From: Abditibacteriaceae bacterium | Lineage (GTDB): Bacteria > Armatimonadota > Abditibacteriia > Abditibacteriales > Abditibacteriaceae | Assembly: GCA_031372065.1 (NCBI GenBank) | Contig: JANMKN010000195.1 | Location: 1 to 23,336, forward strand | DNA: 23,336 nt | Reading direction: 5' to 3' | Shown: one piece after another, positions 8,714 to 17,291 of the stretch | Numbering within the stretch: position 1 is the stretch's first letter | Layout of the letters: each line of letters begins with the position of its first letter | The notes under the pieces: generated by a model | The model's input: the letters and a program-made list of their open reading frames with translations, nothing else | Databases searched by the model: none | Told to the model about the DNA's origin: nothing | Made by a program: the position numbers and the translations under genes

Positions 8714-9442
8714 TTATTGCTTGGTCTTGTTTATCGTTTTCGGCGCCACAATGATAGTTGCGACATAATCATTTGGCAATTGCAAATTGGCAGTTACGCG
8801 CGCTTCCATTTTATGCCGTCCGGCGCGTAAGGCTTTGAATTGAAAAGCAATTGGTGTCTCGCGCGGCAAAGGCGCAAACACAAAATATTGCCCACTGCCC
8901 GACGTTGTTTTTGACAGCGCGGGAGGTGTAATGCTCAACAAGGCAAAGTCTTGCAAAAAATGCTTATCAAAGCGAACCGTGACCGCTTTTAGCAAGCTGG
9001 ATTCGCGCGCTGAGCCGCCAATGGAATCCATAGTCAACGACAAGCGCACAATGCCGTTCACTTCTACATCGCGCATGGTTTGACCGTAAACCACCATTTG
9101 CCCCATGACAGCGGGGCGCCGCAGCATCAGGGCCGCTCCCACGGCGGCAACAGCAGCACAGCACAGCACTGTAGCCCATAAGATTGGCCCCAGAGGACGA
9201 CGCCATGCCGTCCAATTGCGGCGCGCTGGCATTTCTTTGTGCAAAAGCGTGCCGCAACCCGCGCAATGCGGATAAGTGACGAATTTTTCCAGATTAATGA
9301 CCGCACAATGTGGACAGCGAATTTTTCTCATGCCGCGCGCTGGCAAAAGCAGGCCCGAAAAGCCAGAACGATGCTCCGCGTGACCATTTTGCAGGTTTGC
9401 GTGCCCGTTTTGATGAGTGCTTGGTTCGTTGGCCGTTTTCAC
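8714..9442 (-). CDS. Hypothetical zinc-ribbon, single-TM protein with beta-rich C-terminal domain
   Basis: CPHC-x13-CAGC, then a TM helix (ILWATVLCCAAVAAVGAALML). Start is GTG 9442 or ATG 9331; the longer ORF overlaps rpe. Confidence 0.7.
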   Translation of the reverse strand: MKTANEPSTHQNGHANLQNGHAEHRSGFSGLLLPARGMRKIRCPHCAVINLEKFVTYPHCAGCGTLLHKEMPARRNWTAWRRPLGPILWATVLCCAAVAAVGAALMLRRPAVMGQMVVYGQTMRDVEVNGIVRLSLTMDSIGGSARESSLLKAVTVRFDKHFLQDFALLSITPPALSKTTSGSGQYFVFAPLPRETPIAFQFKALRAGRHKMEARVTANLQLPNDYVATIIVAPKTINKTKQ

Positions 9443-9461
9443 TGTAGTCTTTTGGCGATTC

Positions 9462-10160
9462 TTAAACTGCTTCCCAAAATGCTTTGTCAATCGCTTCGCG
9501 CAAGGCGCGCACATTTTCTTGGGGCGTGCCGCTGTTGAAAATATTGGAGCCGCACACCAAAACATCGGCTCCGGCGCGCACCACGAGCGGCGCTGTTGCC
9601 GGAGAAACGCCGCCATCCACTTGAATCAAGAATTTCAAGCCTTTTTCTTGGCGATGCCGGTTCAATTCGGCAATTTTATCCACCGCGAGCGGCAAAAATT
9701 TCTGGCCCGAAAAACCCGGATTGACACTCATCACCAGCACATAATCCAAAGTGGGCAAAATCACATCCAAAGCGGCCACCGGCGTCGCCGGATTCAAAAC
9801 CGCGCCAGCCATCGCACCGCCTTCTTTGATGCGCCCGATCAGACGATGCAAATGCGCTCCGGCTTCCACATGAACGCTGATGCTGTTGGCACCTGCTTCG
9901 ATAAATTCATCCAAATAATCGCCGGGCTTGGCAAGCATCAAATGCGCGTCGAAGTGCAACTCTGTATGCGGGCGCAGCGCCGCCAAAAACATCGGGCCAA
10001 GCGTTAAATTCGGCACAAAATGGCCGTCCATCGCGTCCCAATGCAGCCATTCCACGCCTGCTTCAGTTAATTCGCGCACTGTGTCCAAAGGCCGCGCCCA
10101 ATCGGAAGCGATCATCGAAGGCGCCAGTTTTACGGCACGCCGTGTTATGCTTTCACTCAC
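9462..10160 (-). CDS. rpe: Ribulose-phosphate 3-epimerase
   Basis: LAPSM, LHWDAMDGHFVPNLTLG, DAHLM, VMSVNPGFSGQKF, QVDGG. GTG 10160 overlaps the upstream stop (GTGAGTGA). Confidence 0.97.
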   Translation of the reverse strand: MSESITRRAVKLAPSMIASDWARPLDTVRELTEAGVEWLHWDAMDGHFVPNLTLGPMFLAALRPHTELHFDAHLMLAKPGDYLDEFIEAGANSISVHVEAGAHLHRLIGRIKEGGAMAGAVLNPATPVAALDVILPTLDYVLVMSVNPGFSGQKFLPLAVDKIAELNRHRQEKGLKFLIQVDGGVSPATAPLVVRAGADVLVCGSNIFNSGTPQENVRALREAIDKAFWEAV

Positions 10161-10575
10161 GATTTTTCTCGCTTTCGGGGCCGATTTCGTTGCCAAAAGG
10201 TGGCGTTGCGGGCAGTATTTGCGGCGGTTTCACATTGACCACTTCCGGCGTGGCATTAGAGGGCGCAATAATGCTGGGAAGTTCGATAGGTTTTATCCAA
10301 TCTGAAGTGGGCAGCGAAGTTGGCAGTGTGGAAGAAATCGGCGGTGATGCCAAACTTTGTCCCGGCAAAGGCTGATTTTGCGCCGCCTGTTGCTCTTGAA
10401 ATTTAGCTGTCTGCGCCACCCAATTTTCCACTGCTGATGCCATGCGATCCAGCCCCGACGCGGCGCGATTGAGGCAATACAAAGCGTAAAGACCGCCCAA
10501 TAAAATCAACAAAACCACGCCCAACTGCAACATCATAAGCAGACCCAAAAGGCCCGCCAAAGGATTACTTTCCAT
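10153..10575 (-). CDS. Hypothetical membrane-anchored protein with Pro-rich tail
   Basis: Long N-terminal hydrophobic helix, short helical linker, Pro/Ser/Thr-rich tail; abuts both neighbours. Start is ATG 10575 or TTG 10584. Confidence 0.75.
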   Translation of the reverse strand: MESNPLAGLLGLLMMLQLGVVLLILLGGLYALYCLNRAASGLDRMASAVENWVAQTAKFQEQQAAQNQPLPGQSLASPPISSTLPTSLPTSDWIKPIELPSIIAPSNATPEVVNVKPPQILPATPPFGNEIGPESEKNRE

Positions 10576-10580
10576 GTGAT

Positions 10581-11513
10581 TCAATGTGCTTCAATGAAAC
10601 TCAGTGTTTCTTCCAACGAACGAATGCCCGTTACAGTGCCCACTTCCGTCACGCAGCAAGCGCCGGTGGCGTTGCCCAAACGCCCGCAGGTTTCCAAATC
10701 GTAGCCGCGCACAACGCCCGCCAAAAAACCCGCCGCAAAAGCATCTCCGGCGCCTGTTGCATCAACGGATTGCACTTTGTAAGCGGGCAAATGCCATTCG
10801 CTTGCGCCATCGCGCACATACGAACCGGCTTCGCCCATTTTGAGCGCGACGACGCCCACACCTTCGTCTTGAAAGGCCCGCGCCACATCTTGCGGCGTTT
10901 GCAAAGCCGGAAAACAATGGCGCGCTTCGTGAAAACTGGGCACAAAATAGTCAATGTAAGGCAAAACAGGCCGCAAAGTTTCCATCCACGCGCCCGAAGC
11001 GTCCCAAACGGTGTCCAACGCGGTTTTCAGGCCCATTTCGCGCGCTTTTTTCAAAATCCCGGCGCAGGGCGCGCCATCGAATTTCGGCATGACAAAATGC
11101 CCCGCGACGTGCAATAATTTCGCACCGCGCACCAAATCCCAGTTCACATCAGCTCCGGTAAATTCCGCGTTGGCGCCGGTGTAATGAATAAACGAACGCT
11201 CGCCATCGGACGCGATCATTACCATCGTCGCCGAAGTCGCCGTTTGCTCATCGGTCACGATGCCTGTGGTATCAACGTCGTGATTTTCTAAAATGCCACG
11301 CACAAGGTCGCCAAAACCATCGCGCCCCACTTTGCCGATAATCGCCGTCGGCACGCCAAGTTTTTGCAATCCGATGCCGGTATTGGCCGCGCAACCGCCA
11401 ATTGAAGGCCGCATTTCGCGGCATAACGATAATTCGCCGCGCTGCGGATAAGAATCCACAGGCCGCGCGATGACATCGGCAACGATGATTCCAAGGCAAA
11501 CAATTTCGGGCAT
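10581..11513 (-). CDS. PfkB/ribokinase-family carbohydrate kinase
   Basis: GGCAANTGIGLQKLG...GKVGRDGFG (PfkB signature 1) and VDATGAGDAFAAGF (signature 2); start at MPEIVCLG. Confidence 0.95.
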   Translation of the reverse strand: MPEIVCLGIIVADVIARPVDSYPQRGELSLCREMRPSIGGCAANTGIGLQKLGVPTAIIGKVGRDGFGDLVRGILENHDVDTTGIVTDEQTATSATMVMIASDGERSFIHYTGANAEFTGADVNWDLVRGAKLLHVAGHFVMPKFDGAPCAGILKKAREMGLKTALDTVWDASGAWMETLRPVLPYIDYFVPSFHEARHCFPALQTPQDVARAFQDEGVGVVALKMGEAGSYVRDGASEWHLPAYKVQSVDATGAGDAFAAGFLAGVVRGYDLETCGRLGNATGACCVTEVGTVTGIRSLEETLSFIEAH

Positions 11514-11521
11514 GGATAAGG

Positions 11522-11587
11522 TAGGTTTTTGGTGTTGGGTCTTAGGTCTTAAAACGTCCAATACTTTTGGTCCAAAACCTAAAACCT
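11522..11587. repeat. Heptamer (TAGGTYT)n/(AAAACCT)n imperfect hairpin
   Basis: TAGGTTT TTGGTGT TGGGTCT TAGGTCT ... CCAAAAC CTAAAAC CT; includes the stop codon of the ArgRS-like gene. Confidence 0.75.
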
Positions 11588-13204
11588 TTCTGTGGCTTCG
11601 ATTCCCAGTATCAAAAGCGCGCTTTGCAGGGCGCTTTGCGCGCCGCGCAGTAATTCTAAATTTAAAGGCATGTCGGGTTTTGAAGCGGCCAAAAGGCGGC
11701 GAACAGCTTCGGAAAACTCCACTGTCCAGCGCGCCACGCGTTGCGGCGCGCGTTGCAAGGCCGCATTTTCGGCGGTGTCGGGCCACAAAGCCACCAAACG
11801 GGCCAATTCGGCTTCTGCGGGCGTAAAATCGGCGCTTTCAGCGGCGTTTTGCGAAGTATTTTGCGCTTCGGATTGGCGCATCATCGTCGCCAAACGCGAA
11901 GGCGCCAAACGCGCGGCGTAGGCCGGATTATATTCGTCGTCGCGCACAGCGTTTTCGACATTAATTATGGTCGCCTCGTCCCAAGCAGACAGCAAAAGAT
12001 GCAAGCGCAAATTGTCGGAATTCACATCAGCAAGGGCATCCTGCAAAAGCAAAGGCGCACCGTCGCGGCCTTCGACAAGTTCGCCATCCAAACGCAAACG
12101 CGCGTTTTCGCAGACCAAAATTTCCAGTTTGCTCACATCGCAGCCAATAGCTTTGAGCGCCGCGTGCGTGCGCGCCACATAAGGCCGATGTTCGCCGCTC
12201 CAAATGTTGATGAGCAACGCGAAACCGCGATTGAATTTCCAAACGTGATACGCAATATCGGAGGCTAAATAAGTCGGCTGCCTGTCGCTGCGCACCACGG
12301 GATGATCCAAATCATCGCCAAATTGCGAAGTTTTCAGCCAGAAAGCGCCGTCATTTTCGTAAATGTGCCCGGCAGCGCGCAATTTTTCGATGGCATTATC
12401 CACGCGGCCTTCGGCGCGCAGCGTGTTTTCCGATGTCCACAAATCAAAACGCACACCGAGATTTTTCAATTCCTGTTTTTGCGCGAAAATAGCGGCCTCT
12501 GCGGCCTCGCGGGCGAAAAACAGATTGCGTTCGGCGGCAGGTTCGAGCAAATGCTTGTTGCCGTCGCGCGCAGCTAAATCGCGCGCCACACCGCGCACGA
12601 AATCGTCCTGCAAAATGCCTTCGGGCAGGTTGCTATTGCCAAAGTGCGACTCGTAAAAAGCACCGACACTTTCGCCCAAAAGCCGCATTTTCGACGAACT
12701 GGGCACATCGTTGAGGAAAAATTCGCGCGTCACATCGGCGCCCTGAAATTCCAAAAGTCGACACAACGCTTCGCCACACACGGCATGACGCGCCGAGGTT
12801 AAAGTCAGCGGGCTATTGGGTTCGCTCGATACAAATTCGACATTGACGCGCCGCCCGCTTAAAGCCGTGCCCGCGCCAAAACGCGCACCTTCGCGCGCCG
12901 CCTTCGCTACGATTTCCTTGGTTGCAGTTTGATCCATGCGGAAATTCAAAAAACCTTTCGCTTCTTCGATGGTGCCCGGCCAATGCGCCAACTGCGCTTG
13001 TAAAGAAGCAGCGCACTGCGCGGGCGATATTTGCAAAATTTTACTCAAAACCAGCGGCGCATTGCTCGAAAAATCGCCGCGATGCCGCACTTCTTTGGCA
13101 TTATGCGCGCGTTTGACTTCGATTTTTTCTTCGCTGCCCACCACGCCATTGCGTCGCACAATTTCGATGATTTCCTGCCGTAAAGTGTGCCGCGTCGGTT
13201 TCAT
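11579..13204 (-). CDS. argS: Arginyl-tRNA synthetase homolog with degenerate catalytic motifs
   Basis: Full ArgRS architecture (GDFSSN, GFLNF, VNVEFVS, LGVRFDLWTSE, FGDDLD, TYLASDIAYH, ILGI...ERF), but HIGH reads TLTS and KMSK is missing. The symbol denotes homology, not proven function. Confidence 0.9.
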   Translation of the reverse strand: MKPTRHTLRQEIIEIVRRNGVVGSEEKIEVKRAHNAKEVRHRGDFSSNAPLVLSKILQISPAQCAASLQAQLAHWPGTIEEAKGFLNFRMDQTATKEIVAKAAREGARFGAGTALSGRRVNVEFVSSEPNSPLTLTSARHAVCGEALCRLLEFQGADVTREFFLNDVPSSSKMRLLGESVGAFYESHFGNSNLPEGILQDDFVRGVARDLAARDGNKHLLEPAAERNLFFAREAAEAAIFAQKQELKNLGVRFDLWTSENTLRAEGRVDNAIEKLRAAGHIYENDGAFWLKTSQFGDDLDHPVVRSDRQPTYLASDIAYHVWKFNRGFALLINIWSGEHRPYVARTHAALKAIGCDVSKLEILVCENARLRLDGELVEGRDGAPLLLQDALADVNSDNLRLHLLLSAWDEATIINVENAVRDDEYNPAYAARLAPSRLATMMRQSEAQNTSQNAAESADFTPAEAELARLVALWPDTAENAALQRAPQRVARWTVEFSEAVRRLLAASKPDMPLNLELLRGAQSALQSALLILGIEATERF

Positions 13205-13210
13205 TTGGCT

Positions 13211-14596
13211 TTAATTCAAGCGCAAAATCAGATTTTCCAGCCACGTCATCGCGCCATACATCAAAAACATCACAGCCGTCATGCCCAGTGCCGAATAAGC
13301 CAGCCCCGAACGCAGTAATCGTGAGCCAAACGACGGCAAAACGTGTGGCTGTTCTTGATATTTTTCCAACACTTCGCGCCCGGCGCGGATGCCGCTTTCG
13401 ATTTGCTTTTTGGTGGCCGGTTTGGTCGTAAAGTAGTTTTGCACCATTTCGCCGAAACTGCGCCATGAAAAATAAACCAAAATCAGCGCCAGCAGAATCA
13501 TCATCGGATCAAACGAGGGCAAGTGCTGAAAAAGAATCGTAATCAAGAGCGAGAGAACCATCAAATTGGTGCCGCAACGCGGATGAGCGCGCGGCATTTG
13601 CGCCACGATTTCCGGCGTCAATGGCAAGCCGCGCTCAATGGCCCAAACCGTTTGATGTTCCGCCGCGTGAAAACCCGAAATGGGCAAAGCGCGCATTGTC
13701 AGCAGGAAAACCAAGCCTTGCGCCGCTGTGCTGAGAAAATCGAAAAGTCCGCCATCGGAGGTTCCGCCCAAACGACCCGAAACATACATCGCGGCCCATT
13801 CGGAATTGATAAAAGTCAGCGGCAGCAAAACCACAAAATACGCTACCAAAAAGCAAAAACCCAGCGTCGCGCCCGATAAAAACAAGCCAAAAGGCGGCGC
13901 GCCGCCGCTAATGGTGCCGGTTGTCAGCCATACACCCAATGGCGTCGCCATGCCGCCGACCACCGGAGGCCGGATATTGCGCCCCAAAGCCGCCACAATG
14001 TCAGCGCGCGAAATCATGCCGCGATAGCTGCCATCCGGGTCAATGACGGGCAGGGCCGAGCAATTGTAACGATCAAGGGTAATCAGCGCGTTGTGCAGCG
14101 AAAACAAGCTCGGAATGATGCCGTAATCGCGTTGCATCACATCGCGCGCCGTCAGGCTCGTCAAATCGGCCAAAGGTGGCAGCAAAGGCGCTTCTTGGGC
14201 AGTTAAATCGCTTTCTGGCGCGTCATCTTGTGGCGCTTCCGGCCAAAACGGGGATTGACCGTGACTTTCGGACGCGGCGTGACCATTAACATTCCCATTA
14301 ACACCAATCGAAACCGGCTGGGCGCGCCGCGAAGATTCCTGCTCTTCGAGAATCGGCAAAACGGCGATGGACAAATCGCGCTCGTCCACAAGGCCAATCA
14401 CGCGCGATTGACGCGCCTGCGAGTTCCATTGCGGCCCACCGGCGCCATCTTCGGTGCCGCCGGTGATAATGCGATCCAAAACGGGCAAGGCGCTGCATTC
14501 GGCGGTGCGCAGATTCTCCGCGACAAGGCCAAGGGGCATTTCCGAATTTAAAACCGGCGTGGCGCGGGCAAGTTGTCCGGCTCGAACAAAAGGCAT
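13211..14596 (-). CDS. CBS-domain pair fused to a DUF1385 (YqhQ-like) membrane domain
   Basis: Two CBS motifs (SALPVLD...IGLVDERDL and SALPVIDPDGSYRGMISRADIV); DUF1385 motifs FHAAEHQTV and AHPRCGTNL; several TM helices. Confidence 0.85.
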   Translation of the reverse strand: MPFVRAGQLARATPVLNSEMPLGLVAENLRTAECSALPVLDRIITGGTEDGAGGPQWNSQARQSRVIGLVDERDLSIAVLPILEEQESSRRAQPVSIGVNGNVNGHAASESHGQSPFWPEAPQDDAPESDLTAQEAPLLPPLADLTSLTARDVMQRDYGIIPSLFSLHNALITLDRYNCSALPVIDPDGSYRGMISRADIVAALGRNIRPPVVGGMATPLGVWLTTGTISGGAPPFGLFLSGATLGFCFLVAYFVVLLPLTFINSEWAAMYVSGRLGGTSDGGLFDFLSTAAQGLVFLLTMRALPISGFHAAEHQTVWAIERGLPLTPEIVAQMPRAHPRCGTNLMVLSLLITILFQHLPSFDPMMILLALILVYFSWRSFGEMVQNYFTTKPATKKQIESGIRAGREVLEKYQEQPHVLPSFGSRLLRSGLAYSALGMTAVMFLMYGAMTWLENLILRLN

Positions 14597-14600
14597 AAGA

Positions 14601-14641
14601 AAATAAAAAGCGCGCCGCGAGAATCACTCCACGGGCGCGCT
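14601..14641 (-). terminator. Terminator-like hairpin with U-tract directly before the CBS-DUF1385 start
   Basis: Minus strand reads AGCGCGCC-N17-GGCGCGCT-TTTTATTTTCTT-ATG. Confidence 0.55.
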
Positions 14642-14771
14642 GGTTTGCACGACAAGGGAAATTATATCAACTTGCGGCGCATGAATTCGCATTTTCCCGC
14701 ACGCCCCGATGTTATCACTTCAGGCATTTACAGGTCAAAAGCGAGTCACAGGGGCACTATTTGTCTAAAAT

Positions 14772-14960
14772 ATGCGCTCAGACACAGCAAAAGTGACCTC
14801 ATTGGCGCCATAGATGAACTCATCCGCGCCAAGAATGCCCTCATCCATATCAAAAATGCCCTCATTCGCGATAAAAATGCACTCATATTTCGCAAATATG
14901 AGTGCATTTTTTGGAAATATGACCTCATCTTTGGCGTAAATGAGGTCACTTTGGGGCAAT
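14772..14960. repeat. Degenerate 21-bp-period tandem array, 9 units, core ATGNNNTCAT
   Basis: Units start at 14772, 14793, 14814, 14835, 14856, 14877, 14898, 14919 and 14940. Confidence 0.9.
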
Positions 14961-14979
14961 TTAAGTCACAAAAAGCGCT

Positions 14980-16278
14980 CTAATTGCCGCCAATCACTTC
15001 AATTCCGCCCATATAAGGTCGCAAGGCGGGCGGAACGGTCACGGTGCCATCGTGGTTCTGAAAATTCTCTAAAATCGCCGCCATAGTGCGCCCGACGGCC
15101 AAACCTGAGCCGTTCAGGGTGTGAACGTATTCCGGTTTGCCCGCTTTGCCGTTTTCGTCAAGTGGGCGATAACGCACACCAACGCGACGCGCTTGAAACG
15201 CTTCAAAATTGGTGCAGCTTGAAATCTCGCGATAGGTATTTTGGCTGGGAAACCACACTTCCATATCATAAGCCTTGGCGCCTTTGAAACCCAAATCGCC
15301 GGTGCAAAGTTCGACGGTGCGATACGGCAAATCGAGCAACTTCAAGATCGCTTCGGCGTGTTCGCGCAGAGATTCGAGCGCGTCATACGACTTTTCCGGC
15401 GCACAAAACCACACCAATTCGACTTTATTGAACTGATGCACGCGAATAATGCCGCGTGTGTCGCGCCCCGCCGCGCCCGCTTCGCGCCGAAAACAGGCCG
15501 TATAAGCCGCATATTTGACTGGCAATTGCCCAAAATCTAAAATTTCGTCGCGGTGCAAATTGGTGACGGGAACTTCGGCTGTCGGCACCAGCCACAGGTC
15601 GTCGGCGGGCAAATGATACGAATCTTCACCGAATTTCGGCAAATTTCCGGTGCCATACATACTTTCCGAGCGCACCAAAAACGGTGGGAAAACTTCTTCG
15701 TAGCCGTTGCGCGCCGTGTGAACATCCAACATCAGCGCGATTAAAGCGCGTTCAAGGCGCGCGCCCTGTCCGCGCAGCACATAAAACCGCGAGCCGCTGA
15801 TTTTCGCGCCGCGCTCGAAATCTATGATGTTTAATTTCTCACCGATTTCGTAATGCGGCTGGGCTGCAAAGTCAAATTGCGGAATTTCGCCCCATTTGGC
15901 GATTTCGACGTTATCGTGTTCGTCTTTGCCGATGGGCGCTGAGGCGTGATGAATATTGGGAATTTCCAAAAGCCGCGCGTTTAATTCTTCTTCGATTTCG
16001 CGGCCTTGAGCGTCCAATTTCGAGATGTCATCGCCCAAAGTGCGCGTTTGCGCGATGATTTCGTCGGCATTTTCGCCCGACTTTTTCAATTTCGCCACTT
16101 GCTGCGAGGCTTCATTGCGCGTGCGCTTCAATTCTTCCACTTCAAAGAGCGCCGCGCGCCGCTTTTCGTCCAACGCGACGATTTCATCCACAAGCGCCGC
16201 GCCATTTTCGATGTGCTTATTTTTTAAACAGGTTTGGATCAAATCCACATTATTGCGGATGAACTTTAAATCGAGCAT
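14980..16278 (-). CDS. serS: Seryl-tRNA synthetase
   Basis: MLDLKFIR start, [34 protein letters not shown] (motif 2), [20 protein letters not shown] (motif 3). Confidence 0.98.
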   Translation of the reverse strand: MLDLKFIRNNVDLIQTCLKNKHIENGAALVDEIVALDEKRRAALFEVEELKRTRNEASQQVAKLKKSGENADEIIAQTRTLGDDISKLDAQGREIEEELNARLLEIPNIHHASAPIGKDEHDNVEIAKWGEIPQFDFAAQPHYEIGEKLNIIDFERGAKISGSRFYVLRGQGARLERALIALMLDVHTARNGYEEVFPPFLVRSESMYGTGNLPKFGEDSYHLPADDLWLVPTAEVPVTNLHRDEILDFGQLPVKYAAYTACFRREAGAAGRDTRGIIRVHQFNKVELVWFCAPEKSYDALESLREHAEAILKLLDLPYRTVELCTGDLGFKGAKAYDMEVWFPSQNTYREISSCTNFEAFQARRVGVRYRPLDENGKAGKPEYVHTLNGSGLAVGRTMAAILENFQNHDGTVTVPPALRPYMGGIEVIGGN

Positions 16279-16348
16279 AGGGCAAATTTTACCGAAATAG
16301 CCGCGCAAAGGCGCAAAGCAGAAGAGATTTAACTGCAAAAAGAACACG

Positions 16349-16380
16349 AAAAACCGATTTCCGTATCGCCAATCGGTTTT
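16349..16380 (-). terminator. Hairpin/terminator between the membrane-protein gene and serS
   Basis: AAAACCGATT-N11-AATCGGTTTT inverted repeat. Confidence 0.55.
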
Positions 16381-16453
16381 CAGACTGTCCGAAAGTGCTT
16401 GCATGGGCATGGGAAGAGTCTTTGACTTGCCAACACAGTAGATATTTACGTTT

Positions 16454-16762
16454 TTAAGGTGAGTTCATAAGGTCACGATTAATGTATAAAGCTAAAAGGC
16501 AATGACCCAAGAAGAAATAAAACGCGGCGGCTTTATTTTGGCGCGATTTTCGTTCAAGCAAAGATAAAATTAAAGCCCAAAATCCTACAATAGGAATCGC
16601 CCAAATGTAAAGACTCCATAAGCCTAAAATACCCAACCCAAGCAACCGTCCACCAATGTTCATAAATAACAAATAAGCTGCGATTGGAGTAACGAGGCAA
16701 AGAAAATTCAGACAAAATTCCGGCTTTTCATCTTCATTCTTTGTGTCAAGGTTGTCCATCAT
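16454..16762 (-). CDS. Small AT-rich hypothetical membrane protein (about 102 aa, three TM)
   Basis: MMDNLDTK... begins 16 nt after the dciA stop; the longer listed ORF overlaps dciA out of frame. Confidence 0.65.
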   Translation of the reverse strand: MMDNLDTKNEDEKPEFCLNFLCLVTPIAAYLLFMNIGGRLLGLGILGLWSLYIWAIPIVGFWALILSLLERKSRQNKAAAFYFFLGHCLLALYINRDLMNSP

Positions 16763-16778
16763 TACCGCTTTTTTGTGG

Positions 16779-17291
16779 CTATTTAGAAGAATCTTCTTTT
16801 TTGGCTTCGTTGGCCCGCGTGGTAGTGGCGATGAGGCGTTCCATGACGGCGCGCATTTCGGGGTCTTGGATTTTGGAAACGATTTCGCGCGCGTATTTGG
16901 CGGCTTCATCGTTTTCGACGGCTTTGATTTGCTTGGGCAGCGGCGGCGCTTTGGGAAAAGAAGGGTCTTCCCAGTCGGGCTTGAGGTTTTTCTGAAGCAT
17001 CCCCTGCGGCGTGGTGATCGAACAGCGGATTTTCTGCACGATTTGCTGGCGCAGGCGGCCATTTAAGCGTGTCACGAGGCGCGCTTCGAGAAAATGCAGT
17101 TCGTGCGTCCATTGCGGCGAGCGCACGCGCACATAAAGCACACCATTTTTGAAGCGTTGCGCGATAGCGTTGCGCGCGATGTTTTCTCCGGCGACTTCGG
17201 GCCAGATTTCGACGGCCATGCGCTCTAAAACCGGCCCGCGCCAGCCGCGCTGATCTAAAATTTCGTTGACAATGCCGCGAACGTTATCCAT
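16779..17291 (-). CDS. dciA: DciA / DUF721-family helicase-loading accessory protein
   Basis: WPEVAGENIARNA...GVLYVRVRSPQWTHELHFL...LN pattern, and its position immediately downstream of recF. Confidence 0.85.
   Translation of the reverse strand: MDNVRGIVNEILDQRGWRGPVLERMAVEIWPEVAGENIARNAIAQRFKNGVLYVRVRSPQWTHELHFLEARLVTRLNGRLRQQIVQKIRCSITTPQGMLQKNLKPDWEDPSFPKAPPLPKQIKAVENDEAAKYAREIVSKIQDPEMRAVMERLIATTTRANEAKKEDSSK

Noticed and set aside
11514..11786. Long N-terminal extension of the PfkB ORF (similarly serS to 16410, and ORFs extended to 9616 and 17062)
   Set aside because: They overlap neighbouring genes or repeats; family homology begins at downstream starts.
11579..13204. Calling the ArgRS homolog a pseudogene
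   Set aside because: The frame is intact for 541 codons, it is tightly coupled to its neighbour, and motif loss looks selective rather than random.
14772..14960. CRISPR array
   Set aside because: The period is only 21 bp, the core is 10 bp and degenerate, and no cas genes are in the window.
14573..14983. ORFs of 136, 67 and 64 aa over the 21-bp array
   Set aside because: Open frames on both strands are explained by the repeat; no convincing RBS or recognisable homology, though translation is not excluded.
16279..16453. T-box riboswitch upstream of serS or of the ArgRS-like cluster
   Set aside because: No UGGNACCGCG core seen on the minus strand, and the serS -10 candidate abuts its ATG.
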